64,000 bases of DNA from Ptychomitrium polyphyllum. Its lineage: Eukaryota. Each line of letters begins with the position of its first letter. The stretch's first letter is position 1. The stretch lies in NCBI GenBank assembly GCA_973851085.1, contig OZ316775.1:14446001-14510000 (forward strand). Direction: 5' to 3'. Shown one piece after another: positions 35,330 to 47,969 of the stretch. The notes under the pieces are model-generated. The model did not search any database and had not been told where the DNA came from. It saw nothing but the letters and a program-made list of their open reading frames with translations. A program made the position numbers and the translations under genes.

Positions 35330-37750
35330 GTTGTAATTTTTTTAGAGCAACATTCAATTATCTATGCATTAGCATTATTTGATATTGAGCTTGTTTATTA
35401 TATTGAAATTGATGTTATCAATTACACTAATTCACTTTGAAGATGAATGTTTTTTGACCAATTGTTCTAATAGGAATTCTTTTATATGAATGTTAATGAC
35501 ATTTTTACTTGTAGGTAAGAGAATTTTATTTCATACAAAATTTATAATATTAAACTGTAGTTTTAATGTAATGTTTTTTAGTAAGAATTTGCTTTATTAT
35601 GCATTATAAGTTGGATGGCCATAAGAAAATTTGTAAAATTATCTATTGACTTCTTTGCAGAGAGATGTTCTATAAGTTGTATATTCATTTAATAAGGAAT
35701 AATTAAAAGTATTTAAAGAATATTTTTCTATTTTCATGTAGTGTTTGAAATATATGTTTCTTGTGTTTGTTCAGGAAAGATGTATTTGTCTAGCAATCAA
35801 ACATGTCCGTAGTGGACAAGCTTTATTCCATACTTGTAAATAATTTTAAAGATTTTGAATATTATAGATTTTTCTTTATAAGGTGGTTAAGCATCAAATT
35901 TGCAATATGGTTTCAACTTGAAACTTGAAAGTTATGCATCAAACTTTCATTTGCACATGGTTCCAACATGTTGAAGGATGGTCATAGATGTTTTTGCATC
36001 CATCTTCAATTTGAAGTGGTGCTAATTGTTAGACATAGTAAAGAATGGGTTCTTGAATTAAATCAAAAGTAAGGAGAAGAATAACAATGGAAAATATTAC
36101 AACAATTATGTTGCACATTAGATTTTAAAGATACAATCATTTTATATATTGAAATTGAAGATTAATCACTTCATGAACAAAGAATTTGAAAATTTGTGTA
36201 GCACATAATTTTTCCATGAGTCCAAATCAATAGAGATTTTTTTATGCAATACTTTGTTTTAAATTAATTTTTGATTTTTGACAAAATTATCCATCAATTA
36301 CAAAATGTGTGTTTTTTGAAATGATTAACACTGTAAAAGTTATCTTTTAAAGATTCAATTTACATTCATTTAACTTTTTAAAATTAATAAAAATACATTT
36401 ATTTAGAATAATTAACATATACAATTTTATAATTAATTTTCTTTTTTTAAACAATGTGATTGTATTGTACTTCTACATACAGATTTGCTTTTCATCTAAT
36501 CATTTGTAACAATTCAACCTTAAAATAAAACAATGAATTATTTTTTTGAATGAAAAATTATAAAAAGATGTGGTTGCTTGATAAAAAAAATTGAAATATT
36601 CATAATCAAATTTGATGTTAAATTTTAAATCCTTAAACTTAAAATAATCAAAAATTTCAACCATAGTTATATACCTTAACTTTGTAATCACATATACACT
36701 ATATTTTAGAATTTGGACAATAATTCATTAGAATCCACATTTTTCAACTAAATCTATAATTATTGACCATTCTTCATACATAATTCACCAAATTCTAAGT
36801 TTAAATTCAAATCAATTAATAGAGGAATCAATTTTTGAGTACTGAATTAGAAATATTATATTCAATTTGAATCAAAAAAAGACAACAATATAAAATTTCA
36901 ACAATTTTAATAATTTCATATTTGAGGTTAAAATACAAAATTATTGAATTTTCAGCAAATAATGATCTATACTTTATATTATTAAAAAAATTGTCAATTG
37001 TCCATATATGTATTATTTCTAATATGTTATACATTGATACATTATAAAATACCTTCAACAGGATAAGGATGTAGGTTTTTTATTTTTCAACATTACAAAG
37101 ATATATACAAGAATATATTTTATCAAGTATAGGTAAAAATTGGAATCATGATTGTTTATTTGAAATGAAGTCTAATGAAAATATAGGCATATTACTAACC
37201 TTAAACTTTAGCTAATTATAATTAAATTCATGAAAAAGTATTTAATTCTAAATATGTATCAAATTTAGAAAGTTTTTATTTATAAATTACATATTCAAAA
37301 CATGTGATAAACTTGTAGAATTTATTTACATAGAATTTGGAAATTTGTAGTTTTTGACTATTGTTGCTTGAAGTACATTGTACATTGTAATCATTATGGC
37401 GAATATAAAATTAATATTTTTTGGAATTTGAATAAATGTACCAACAATAAGTGACAAAGTTTATAAACAATGAATGAATCAATGAATGATGGATTTAATA
37501 GAAAATCAAAGATTTAGAAGGAGAAATTGAGAATGGAAAAGAGATGAACAATAGTTAAATTGATATGTCCTTTCATATACAAAAGTGTCTATTGACCATT
37601 GTGTTGAATGTAATATATCCAATAAATATCCTTCATACATTAATATAGTAATATTAGCTTAAAATCAATTTTAAATTGAACTGCAAATCAATAAACAAAG
37701 CTTGAATCAAGTATGACAAAGTTAGATTTATTAGCAAAAATTTATCATTT
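35330..37750. mobile_element. AT-rich decayed TE-like interval
   Basis: Very AT-rich, stop-rich in all frames. Confidence 0.4.
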
Positions 37751-37759
37751 TAGTGTCTA

Positions 37760-38416
37760 ATGAATAAATTCATTGCTTTTATTATGTCTAGACTTACAAA
37801 GCTTTGTGAGATTCTTCATGACATTGAAGCCACTGCACAACACCTCACACGAAGAATAGCATTCACTAGAGAATTAGCCAAATCCGGACCATTTTTCATT
37901 GAAGAGTTGACTATGCACTTGAAATGGGTGGGCAATATGTACACTATAGTTGTTAGACGTGAAGCTTTAGTGAAAGATCTTAAAAAAATTATTCATCAAG
38001 CTTTGGACGTGCAACCAGAGGTCCAAAAATTAATGAGTTGGAATGTAATGAAGCGCGCCCAACCTGCAACTGATAACACAAGCATACGAGATTGCGATTT
38101 TGCAAAGGACATGAGACTAATTAAGATTGGACAAACATATGTTAGAGTTGTGAAATATCATTTTGATATGAAGAAGATAATACCAGTATCACCACACTTG
38201 CAAAGATCACCAGCATACAATGCTATGAAACTGAAAGAAATCTACTCTCACTTTAATGCAGAGTCTGGGTTTAGTCTGGATCCAAAGAAGGCGACTCTTC
38301 TTGATCCTGCATCAAATAGTTTGATTTCTGTTCAGCCTTTGAGAATCCCTCAAGTTTCCCAGTCATCAGGAATGGGTGACTCAGAACGTGTGTCTGAGCC
38401 TGGGTCTGCAACCTAA
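37760..38416 (+). CDS. Intronless 218-aa ORF containing a ubiquitin-like domain resembling the N-terminal UBL of UBLCP1, without a phosphatase domain
   Basis: EELTMHLKWVGNMYTIVVRREALVKDLKKIIHQALDVQPEVQKLM...TDNTSIRDCDFAKDMRLIKIG follows the UBL pattern KW.G..Y......V.DLK..I.....V.P..QKL...D...........IG. Confidence 0.6.
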   Translation: MNKFIAFIMSRLTKLCEILHDIEATAQHLTRRIAFTRELAKSGPFFIEELTMHLKWVGNMYTIVVRREALVKDLKKIIHQALDVQPEVQKLMSWNVMKRAQPATDNTSIRDCDFAKDMRLIKIGQTYVRVVKYHFDMKKIIPVSPHLQRSPAYNAMKLKEIYSHFNAESGFSLDPKKATLLDPASNSLISVQPLRIPQVSQSSGMGDSERVSEPGSAT

Positions 38417-38918
38417 TATGATCCTCACGTAACTTGTCAGAAAAAGAAGATTTTTTATCATCTCCAAAATGAGCTACAAAAACTCTATCAACTTGAGTCA
38501 TTCTAATGAACTTCCCAGTCTTGAACAAGGAGAACTTCTGGCCTCTTTAGAACCAAGAGTCTGAAACGTAGTTTTATGTGACCTTCAGACAGATTTTGCA
38601 CACAGTTCAAGTTCCCAGAAAAACAGAGTTCAAAAGCATGCAGAAGATGAGTGAATGTCATCATGCTAGTGCTTGTGTTTTAGATGCACCCTCTGCTTGA
38701 AGGCTGAAGAATGGATTCTCAATTCAAGGTTTCAAACATGGATTGAGAAAACAAGCACCTGGCTGAACCAAGGATATCAATTGATTTTGAGACCAATTTG
38801 TGAAAACCTCTGCAGTCCATTACTAAGAATGACTCAATTGGCAGACACAACATTCTATGAAACAAATAAGGGAACTTAATATGTCTGAATTCTATGTCTG
38901 GATAGCTTACATGCTATA

Positions 38919-39146
38919 CTGTGGCCACATAGCAGGTTTGCTCAGAAGTACTAAAATAAAAAATTTGAAAAATATGAAAACGTCAAACAAACAAAATAGA
39001 GTGAATACACTTTAGCCACGTTTTGCTATTTTGAGCTATTTTGGACCATTTTCAGTCATTTTTAACTCAAAAACAAATACTGGGTAATTCATCTTTTGAA
39101 GGATTAAATTTGCTTATGAGGTAGCAAACCTGCGATGTCGCTACAA
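38919..39146. mobile_element. 228-bp MITE (Tc1/mariner/Stowaway-like) with TA target duplication
   Basis: TA|ctgtggccacatagcaggtttgct ... agcaaacctgcgatgtcgctacaa|TA. 24-bp TIRs match at 20/24; interior is A-rich on the left and T-rich on the right. Confidence 0.7.
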
Positions 39147-40022
39147 TATCCAACCATGTTTATGTTTTGGTACTACTTAGGTCTTTTCTTAAAATCAATT
39201 TGAACATGTGCACAAAAAAAGTACATCCTTTACGTATATGCACCTAATGATAATTTTGTAAGATATGTACATATTAATCATGAGAATGTACACTATTTAA
39301 ACATCAAGTTTAGTGTCACTTTTTGATACACCTTGTATTTAGAACTTTGAAAGGTCTCAATTCAGTTAAACAGTGTTAAAAAATCACATGCTAGAGTGTG
39401 TTTGGAATTCTCTTTCAATTGCCAACAAGACCTGTTGAAGGAATGTGCCTAATGGATGTGCTCAAATGTTGTATCGAACTGATCATTCACTTTTGATGTT
39501 GTAACTCAGGTTCATAATTTTATATTGCTGCATATCAGGCTTGTACCGCAGGCTTGTACCATAACTATACTGTGTGTTGTTATTTTTATTGCTATTTAAT
39601 TTTCCTTGCTAGGTTAATACTAATAATCTTTCTATAACAAAGGAGGGTGTTTTTGTCATAGAAAGTATGTTATGATGCTACAATGAAGTAAGAAAGATAC
39701 TGTCAACTGTGAAATAAATCATTTCCCTTACAAAACTGTAGGTGGAGTTTCTTCTATAGACCTCCGGGTTTCACAGCTTTAAGGATTGCATGCTTGATTG
39801 AGTTCAGAGAGTTCCGGCCGCCTTCAGCCTTATTCACATCGTACCAAATAAATGTTCCTACCTCTACAAAATTGGGAGTCACAAGTTAAAATATGACCAA
39901 GAGTTCCAACAGTAAACAGATTACAACAGGGAGAAACATGCCCCATCATGCATTCATGCCCCTCTCAAACTTCTACTGCCTAACTGGCATCATAAATCCT
40001 ACGCAGTACATGATGTGCATAT

Positions 40023-41828
40023 CTATTCCTTGCCGTACTTCAGGTTGTTCACGTCGAACCCGGGCATGTCGAAGGACATAGAGAACTTCTCAACGTCGGC
40101 CTTCAGGGCTGCGATCTCTTCGTTATTCTCGACACCCTTGTTGAACTCCTTCAGAAGCTTGCCCCTCTCTTTCTGCACCTTCAACGTGATGTTCACAGCA
40201 CGTTCCAGGAAATTGGCAATCTGCTCAAAATCCTTCTCCTTGAGACCTCGAGATGTCATTGCGGGTGCACCTGAGGTGACACAATTCCAATTAAATTTAG
40301 CCTCTTGCCAAAAAAACTGAGATAATGTCCCACACATTCAGAAGACTTGGGATCCATTTCCAGATTAAAAGCAAAATTCTAAAAGTATTAAACCCTGAAG
40401 TTGAATACTGTCAGTATCCTACAAGATACGTGTCAGTTCTACATTTCAAAATGATACTCAATGGATACACAATATTCACCGAAAACCAATAAACTTACCA
40501 ATTCGTACACCTCCAGGGGCCAATGCGCTGCTGTCACCGAACACTGCATTCTTGTTCAATGTGATGTGCGCCAGCTCACACACCTTCTCTACTTTGTTAC
40601 CTGCACACCACAGCCACACAGAACCATCAGTCAAGTGTACACAAAACATCCACTTACTGCAAAAAACAATTACAACTACATTGACCAGCGGCCACGTTAC
40701 CCCACCAACAGCCGCATCTCCGAAAACACTCAGTTGCATACCGGTCAGTCCAAGTGGTCGCAAATCCCACAAAACCAAGTGATTTTCTGTCCCGTCGGTC
40801 ACCATCTTGTAACCCTTCTTCATCAACGCGTTCCCGATAGCCTTCGCGTTTGCCTTCACTTGCTTCGCGTAAGCCTTGAACAGTGGGGTGTCCACCTGTT
40901 TCAATGCCACTGCTAGAGCTGCAATCTGGTGGTTGTGAGGTCCTCCCTGCAACGACGGAAACACCGAAAAGTTGATCTTGTCCTCGTAATCGTACACGGC
41001 GCCCTCCGCCTGCCCCTTCTTCGGTGGCTTAGGCCCCTTCCTGTAGAAGATCATACCCGCACGAGGTCCCCTCAAACTCTTGTGCGTCGTCGTCGTCACC
41101 ACGTCGCAGTACTCGAATGGCTGGTTTACTTCCTGAGCTGCCACCAGACCGCTGAAGTGGGCCATGTCGCACATCAGCAGAGCTCCCACCTTGTCCGCAA
41201 TGGTCCTCAATCTCGCGTAGTCCCAATCCCTGGGGTACGCACTTCCTCCAGAGATGATCATCTTCGGCCGGAAGTCCATCGCCTTCTCCTCCAACTTCTC
41301 GTAATCGATGAACCCGGTCTCGTAGTTCACCTTGTATGGCAAACTCTCGAAGAAGATCGAGGTGGCCGAGATCTTCTTTCCATTAGAGGTGTAGTACCCA
41401 TGGGTCAAATGACCGCCCGAAGGTAGATCCAGACCCATGATGCGGTCATGAGGGTTCAGCAAAGCCGTGTACACGGCGAAGTTGGCGGGGGACCCAGAGT
41501 AGGGCTGCACATTCACGCCCCATTTGTCACTCTTCAGGTGGAACGCCTTCAAGGCCCTGGCCTTGCAAAGATTCTCGATCTGGTCAATGAACTCGTTTCC
41601 TCCGTAGTACCTGGCGCCGGGAAGCCCCTCCGAGTACTTATTAGTAAGAGCGGAACCCAGAGCTTCGATGACAGCCTGGGATGTGAAGTTCTCGGAGGCA
41701 ATGAGCTCGATACCCCTGCATTGCCTCACCTTCTCGTGCTCGATGAGGTTGTAGATCTCCTCGTCAGCAACCTCCAAAGATTGGTTGCCCCACTCAGCGA
41801 CACTATACTCGGTTGCCTCTGAACCCAT
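40023..41828 (-). CDS. SHMT: Serine hydroxymethyltransferase, cytosolic type (SHM4-like); exons 41828-40742, 40600-40499, 40270-40023; 478 aa
   Basis: [43 protein letters not shown] (PLP lysine), QGGPHNH. No transit peptide. Exons sum to 1437 nt. Probable 5'UTR intron ~42732-41848. Confidence 0.97.
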
Positions 41829-43399
41829 GGTGATAGTCTTTAACTTTCTGCAGAATCGCCACAACAAGCTAGATTGGCATTCTTGAGAAAAAAACATCAA
41901 AACTTTCTGCAAAGGCAATTGGTATTGCAGAACCGATTGGTTGTACAAAATCAGTAGTTAAACTGTGACACTGAGACCAGATCCAGTCACCACACTAGCA
42001 ATCTTTCGAATGGCTACTAAGCGCAATAAACTTTAAGAATCTCACACGGTACATTAAATGTTGAATAAGGAAAACGATTGAGCAACTTTCCCGTAAAGTA
42101 AACGCATGGTTGAGAAGCCCTGGGATGTATCTAGGGAGAATAAAGAAAGAGAAGCTAACCTCTCAAATTGATATGTCAAGCGCAACGCGGAATGAAAGAT
42201 ATAGGCGGAGATAGGACCATGTATGTAAGATATTGTTAACCATCTCACATCTAGAAATGACAACGGGGAAATCATCTCGTCAACACTATAACATACGCCA
42301 ACACAGGAAACAAGAATTGAAACACGCATCAAGACGAAGCCGACCTTCTCTAATTCTCATTCTCCATCCTCGTTCGTACAACACAGTAACGCTTCCCCCC
42401 AGTGACCTAAGAAAACATCATCAGCCTACCACTCTAACAGCCCCTAATACAACAGCTATTTCCATCATTCTCAATCAGCACCAAGCTTCTCACGAATGAA
42501 AATACCGAAACCCAACCACGAAAAACCAACATCATCTACCTCAAAACCCCACAAAGAAAACCTGCATTCCTACCCCAAACCCCACTTCCCAGAAGCCCAA
42601 ACCCCAAAGAACCACCAACGCGAAAACAAACCAGTCAAGGACAGAACCTTAAACCACCCAAAATGAAAAAACACAAGAAACAATATGTGGATCTTGAAGG
42701 CAGATCTCAAAACCACAAACCCCAAACCTCACCGCAGTTGAACTGACCACAAACCGAAGAACGCAAAAGACGTTGATTGTGGGAAATGTAAGTTACTCAC
42801 CAAGCGATCGAGAAGTGCAGCAAGGCTGTATCTGGCGAGGGTGCGAAGCAAAGAGACTCCTCCGTCGCAGATGCGCAGCCAACAGCACAGGAAACACGAG
42901 AACACTGCGTGGAATGCAGAACTCTACGGCTCTCAAATGGGGACGACTCACGCTCACCGCCTCCCCTTACCTGCTGTATTGGTTCTAGCATCCCACGGTG
43001 GAGGAACTACACATCGGCCACCTGACGGTCCCGATTGGGCAGATTCAGGTGCCCTCGCCAAACGCAGAGATTCCATTGGGAATAATCGGAAGCCCACCCT
43101 GCAGCGAGTGAGCTGTAGGACAACGTACGGGACGCATTCCGAAAAACCACCGCTGTTTCCCAAATCCGACACCATCTACCAGTCACGTGCGTTTAGCTTT
43201 GTGAAATCTACAGAAAGCTCAGACAGTGTCGAAATCATGGACTGTAACGGGCAGTCACTGCTGAAGTTGATACCGGCATTATCTAGGCGATTTATATATT
43301 TCGCGCAGTTAAAGGATGAGGCTGGTAGATGATGTCGGATTTGGGAACTGCGGCGGTATTGGTCTGCATGGCTAGAAAGTGGTATGGGGACTGGCGTCA

Positions 43400-45820
43400 C
43401 CCTGCAGTGGGTCAGTTATGGTGGCTCTGATGGCTAGGATGACTCTGATTACGTAACAGTCTTCTTTTTACACTGGAGAGTTGAATGGCGTACTTGTAGT
43501 ACCGAGAGTGGTGATAACCAGCTGGATGATAGCAATAAACTTGGTACTTTGTGTGAGAATCATCAGTCAAGGCCCAAGGGTGATCACTCAACAAACGCAT
43601 TTCTGGGTTGCATCATTTGCCTGGATTTAGCAGTTAGAACGAAGCGATCATTTCGCAGTGTGAGGGCTTGTAGGTACCATACTCCAGAAATGTTGGCATT
43701 TTTTCGGATGCTGCATACGGAAGTTTTTATGTGTGACGTCTTGATGTGCTGCAGTTTATCAAGTGCAGTTAACATGAATGCACATCTATGAGTGCGCAGG
43801 CAGTACGTCGTGAAAATTCTCATATTCTTGCATAGCATATTTCAGCATCTGTGCAAGCTTTCAGTTGTTAATATTTTCTGAAATAAGAGCATGTTGATTG
43901 ATTTCTCCACATCTGAGATTTTAAAGAGCTCCGACGTTGCCAACCTGAGGAACCAGGAAGGAATGTTAGCTAAAACCAGGAGTGCTCACCTCTTCAGAAG
44001 CTTAATGCGGTGTGGAATCGTATCTTAGAGGGATTAACTGGTATTCCCAGAGTCATCGACACAAATTTCAAATTAAGTTTAGCGGCTTAATACTAGAGTT
44101 ACCATGTGCACAATTTGGTTCAATTACCTGCACGATGCCTTTCCCAAAGGCTTCTTCGAAGTGGAAGAGTTCTAAGAATGCTTGTGATGTGTCCACAGTG
44201 CAAACAGTAACCTTTTATCTTCAAAGCACATTTTTGTTCACCTCACAGGTGACTTGGAGCAGTTCTGGAATCTGCAGCAACCCGTCCTTGTACACAACAT
44301 GCACGGGCAACCACAACAACCAAACGTTTGTGACAACGCCACCCATCCTAAAACTTACAACAAACTGCAATGAGTACAAAGGATACAATGAACTAACTAA
44401 CCGGCAAGTACCTTTTGTTGTGCATAACATTCTCGATGTCGGCCACATTCCTCACACGAATTGTTTCGGTTACATTATAGCCATCGCAAGCCAGTCAAAG
44501 TGCCTGCCAATTCATACAGCTCATTTTCAGTTTGGGGTTAGAATTGGGATGCTGATTATTCAACAGGCAGAAATCAACCAAATTCTTGTTGAATTCTGGT
44601 TCGCAGAAATGATATCTTACGTCATGCGCTAGAGAGGCATAGTTGTTTCCCAAGTTGTCCAGGAATGATATAAATTAACTGATGCAAGATTTCTCGAGGA
44701 CTGATATGCACAGTGCTTCAAGACTACACCCAGATTATGCAGCAACTCCAACACAAATATGAGCTCATGAGATATCAAAAGAGCAATGGTATGCTAGAAG
44801 CGAACCCCGAGAAGATGCAGAAACGACTACTCAAAGACATGAGTAAGAAAAATTGGTTGCATAAGGAGAGAGACAAGACAAGGAGCCATTGAGACCTCGC
44901 AAGAGAGCCAAAACCTCGTCTTGGCTCACAAACTATATTGCCGCAAGCATTCCCGCCTGTGCATGGTCACCGAAATAGCTTCCTCGCATTTCATTCTGGT
45001 CTCATTGGTTGCAAATGCATCTCAAACTGCAAGGAATATATACATCTGAGTATTTCAAAATAGAATGATCCAACTAGGGTCTCCGATAAAGAACACAATA
45101 TTGAACTCAAAGTAAGTGTCCCAATCCCTGTAAAACGATTCATGAGAATCGCAGTGCTGGCAACTTATGTTGTGTCCATGTCTAACAAATAGCTCATTTA
45201 AAGCCCTCAATCTGGAGGAAAATAAAAGAGAAGACCACAAAAGTTTTGTCTTACCAGGACATTCTGCGTATGGACTTCAAATTCAGTAGTAGAGGATGCA
45301 CTGTGAGCCTGCCACAAGCCCGTGTCAGCTACCAAGGATCCACTTTTTCAAAATGAAAAAAAAATTGACTCCCATCACTGAAAATCCAAGTCCGTGTATG
45401 GCGACACTGCAGAATTTTTAATACACTCTTCAAAGGCATTTGCCTTAAAGTTTCAATATCAGAATAACTACGCGGTGAAATCCACTGCAAAAATAGCTGA
45501 ACGTTTTGAGAAATCTAACTTAATTTGTTGGCATAATATTCTCTTCTGGCAGACCTGGTTGCAGTACCAACCGGCCAGATTTCTTTGTACCTTTTCTTGT
45601 GTTCTGATCACTGTTGGCATTCATTCCCAGAACAAGTTGATATCATGCAAGGGTGTGAATATGCCGGAAAGGGACCCAACATCAATTGCAAATTGCTGTA
45701 CTAGCGAGTAATAATGCTCCTTGATATCAATCATTCCAGTCTTTCCGTTGCTTTCTTCTTGCGCTTCCCACCATGCATGTGCGTAATTGAGGTCTTAAGA
45801 TCTGGGAGGGTTACGTGCAA
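43400..45820 (-). pseudogene. Possible decayed multi-exon gene of unknown family
   Basis: Several AG-preceded coding-like pieces (DLNYAHAWWEAQEESNGKTGMIDIKEHYYSL; SFYRDWDTYFEFNIVFFIGDP; HDVRYHFCEPEFNKNL; VDTSQAFLELFHFEEAFGKG) interrupted by stops. Not identified. Confidence 0.25.
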
Positions 45821-47072
45821 CTTTAAACAGACATACGGCTAATTAGAAGGCAGCTATCGCGATGCACAATTGGCCAGGTACAACTACTTTATTACTTGGT
45901 AGAGAATGCACTGAATATTTGTGGTTCAATAAAAACAAATAACAAATCTGAGAAATTGACCAATCCATGATGATTCGCTTTACTAAGTACGAAATCTATA
46001 CAAGTCTTTGGAAAGCATGTTATACTTATTACACTCTAACAAGCGAAATTGCTAATTCCATGGAAAAGAGACACCGCCATGTGATACTCCAGATCTCATA
46101 TCTTGCATATGCTGCATCAACACATCACATATCTTGCCATGTTTGAAGGTTCAATGGACTGATTGCCCGCCACCTGACAATAGTATCTAACTGAGCTGTG
46201 CTGATCTTATTCCTGAAGCTGCAGACGTACTCAACTTGTAACTACGCCGGCCACCACCATAGACAATTGCACTTCAGATGACGACTCAGCTTTAGAATCG
46301 TCATCGTCGTGGTCTCTCTGCAGTCCACACACACTACGTGAACTTCGACATCAGAAGGACATACTAAAAGCGTCTCTTCCAGCATGAAGACGATGAGCTG
46401 TATGTAATAACTCAGCGCAATGTGGATGACATGAGTGGTCAAAAGATGAAAAGAATTCAGAGTGCGATCAATCGATCATCAAGCGTGCATTCAAGAGGAG
46501 ACACAAAGAGAGGCTAGCAATGCATGGCTATTCCCACTGACAGGAATAATCTGGTGATTGGATTATTGAAACTTGTAACATAATCGCCTATTCATATTCA
46601 ATATTCTCTTTCCGGAATATACACGTGGAGGAAACCATAGCAGAGTTGAACGCATGTAGCAACATCTCTAATTCTCGCTGATCCCTGTCTCCAACAAAAA
46701 TCAATTTGCTCCTGGGCACAAGCCCAGATGCAGAGCACTATCTGAAAACATATGATCAAGTGTGCTATTTATCCTACGCTATCCAATGCGAAGATAAAAT
46801 AGTCAATAAACAGGTTCTCCAATCCAATGTACACCCCGTATGAAAGTTCTCAAGATGTCTTCAGCGTCTATAAAAGAATCTTCTAAGTGCAGTTGCTGGC
46901 AAGCGCTCTTGATCAATTTGTGCCCTATGTCCGACATCAAGCTCGATTCTCAAAATAGAGCAGTGCCTTGTTTGTTAATATCCTAACCAATGCAATTTGC
47001 AAGCAGCCTAGTTCTGAAACAATGCAATCAAAGAGAACAGAGAAGATGCTCACGTACAGACGAATAAACCGC

Positions 47073-47969
47073 CTATTCGTTCTTCCATGCATACAACACC
47101 AATGAGAAGCCACTGGGGCCCGATGTCTCTTTATCTTTGAAGCTGTAGGTACCCGGCCATTGACGCACAGAAGAGCAAGCTGCAACCTCCTTGAGCCATG
47201 GTTTGTCTGATGACAGGCAAGTCTGGAACATGAAAACAGCGTGACTTACTCTTGGATTAAACAACCAGTTGTGGACGTCCCAGAATACCTCCACAGGGCT
47301 GCCATCGACGATGATGGTTTGATTTCCTCGAAACTTCCACATCAACCGCTTCACTTGAACAACAATCTCCCTGTCAACTCTGATATACATGCGAGGCTCA
47401 CTAGTGGGACCAATCTGGCACTCAATTACGATGTCGTGTGCCTTTCCGCCCTCCTCAAACTGTGCCTTCGTAGAATGATACTTTTTACCAAAAACATGCT
47501 CGCTTCGAGACACGAGGATCGCCTCAATCGAAGCGGGTCTAGCCTTAGTTTTCTTATACGCTTCATTGTACATGTCGCCAAGCAACAAAACTACTTCCCC
47601 ATCAGATACAACCGCCACGAAGAAACTATCACTGGGTACCGGGCCGCAAAAGTACTTGGCTGAGGAGAGATCCCAATAAACTTCTACTTTGATGTCATCT
47701 ACTTCAAAACTTTTCAACCCCTGCTTCTTCCAGAACATCCAAGGCTTCATGTCGACCTTGCACATGTGTTGATCCACATCAACATTAACGCTGAGACCTT
47801 GTCCTATGAGATTCTTGCACCAAGTGATGGAGAGTGGCCGACATTTACCCGCCAGCTTCGTTTGATATAGACATGTGACGAGGTTTTGCGTCACTTTATT
47901 ACTACCTGACGAAGTATCCACCACCTGTACTCCATACTCACCAAAGCAAGACGGCAATGAGTCGTGCAT
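47073..47969 (-). CDS. Plant DUF868 family protein, single coding exon, 298 aa
   Basis: MHDSLPSCFGEYGVQV start, QNLVTCLYQ, SITWCKNLIGQGL, CKVDMKPWMFWKKQG, VYWDLSSAKY, VKRLMWKFRGNQTI, VEVFWDVHNWLF, GFSLVLYAWKNE. Confidence 0.93.
   Translation of the reverse strand: MHDSLPSCFGEYGVQVVDTSSGSNKVTQNLVTCLYQTKLAGKCRPLSITWCKNLIGQGLSVNVDVDQHMCKVDMKPWMFWKKQGLKSFEVDDIKVEVYWDLSSAKYFCGPVPSDSFFVAVVSDGEVVLLLGDMYNEAYKKTKARPASIEAILVSRSEHVFGKKYHSTKAQFEEGGKAHDIVIECQIGPTSEPRMYIRVDREIVVQVKRLMWKFRGNQTIIVDGSPVEVFWDVHNWLFNPRVSHAVFMFQTCLSSDKPWLKEVAACSSVRQWPGTYSFKDKETSGPSGFSLVLYAWKNE

Noticed and set aside
40461..41948. Antisense ORFs and the 40-aa N-terminal extension of the SHMT ORF as a transit peptide
   Set aside because: The extension starts at TTG and crosses a CAG acceptor of the 5'UTR intron. 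The antisense ORFs are codon-bias shadows.
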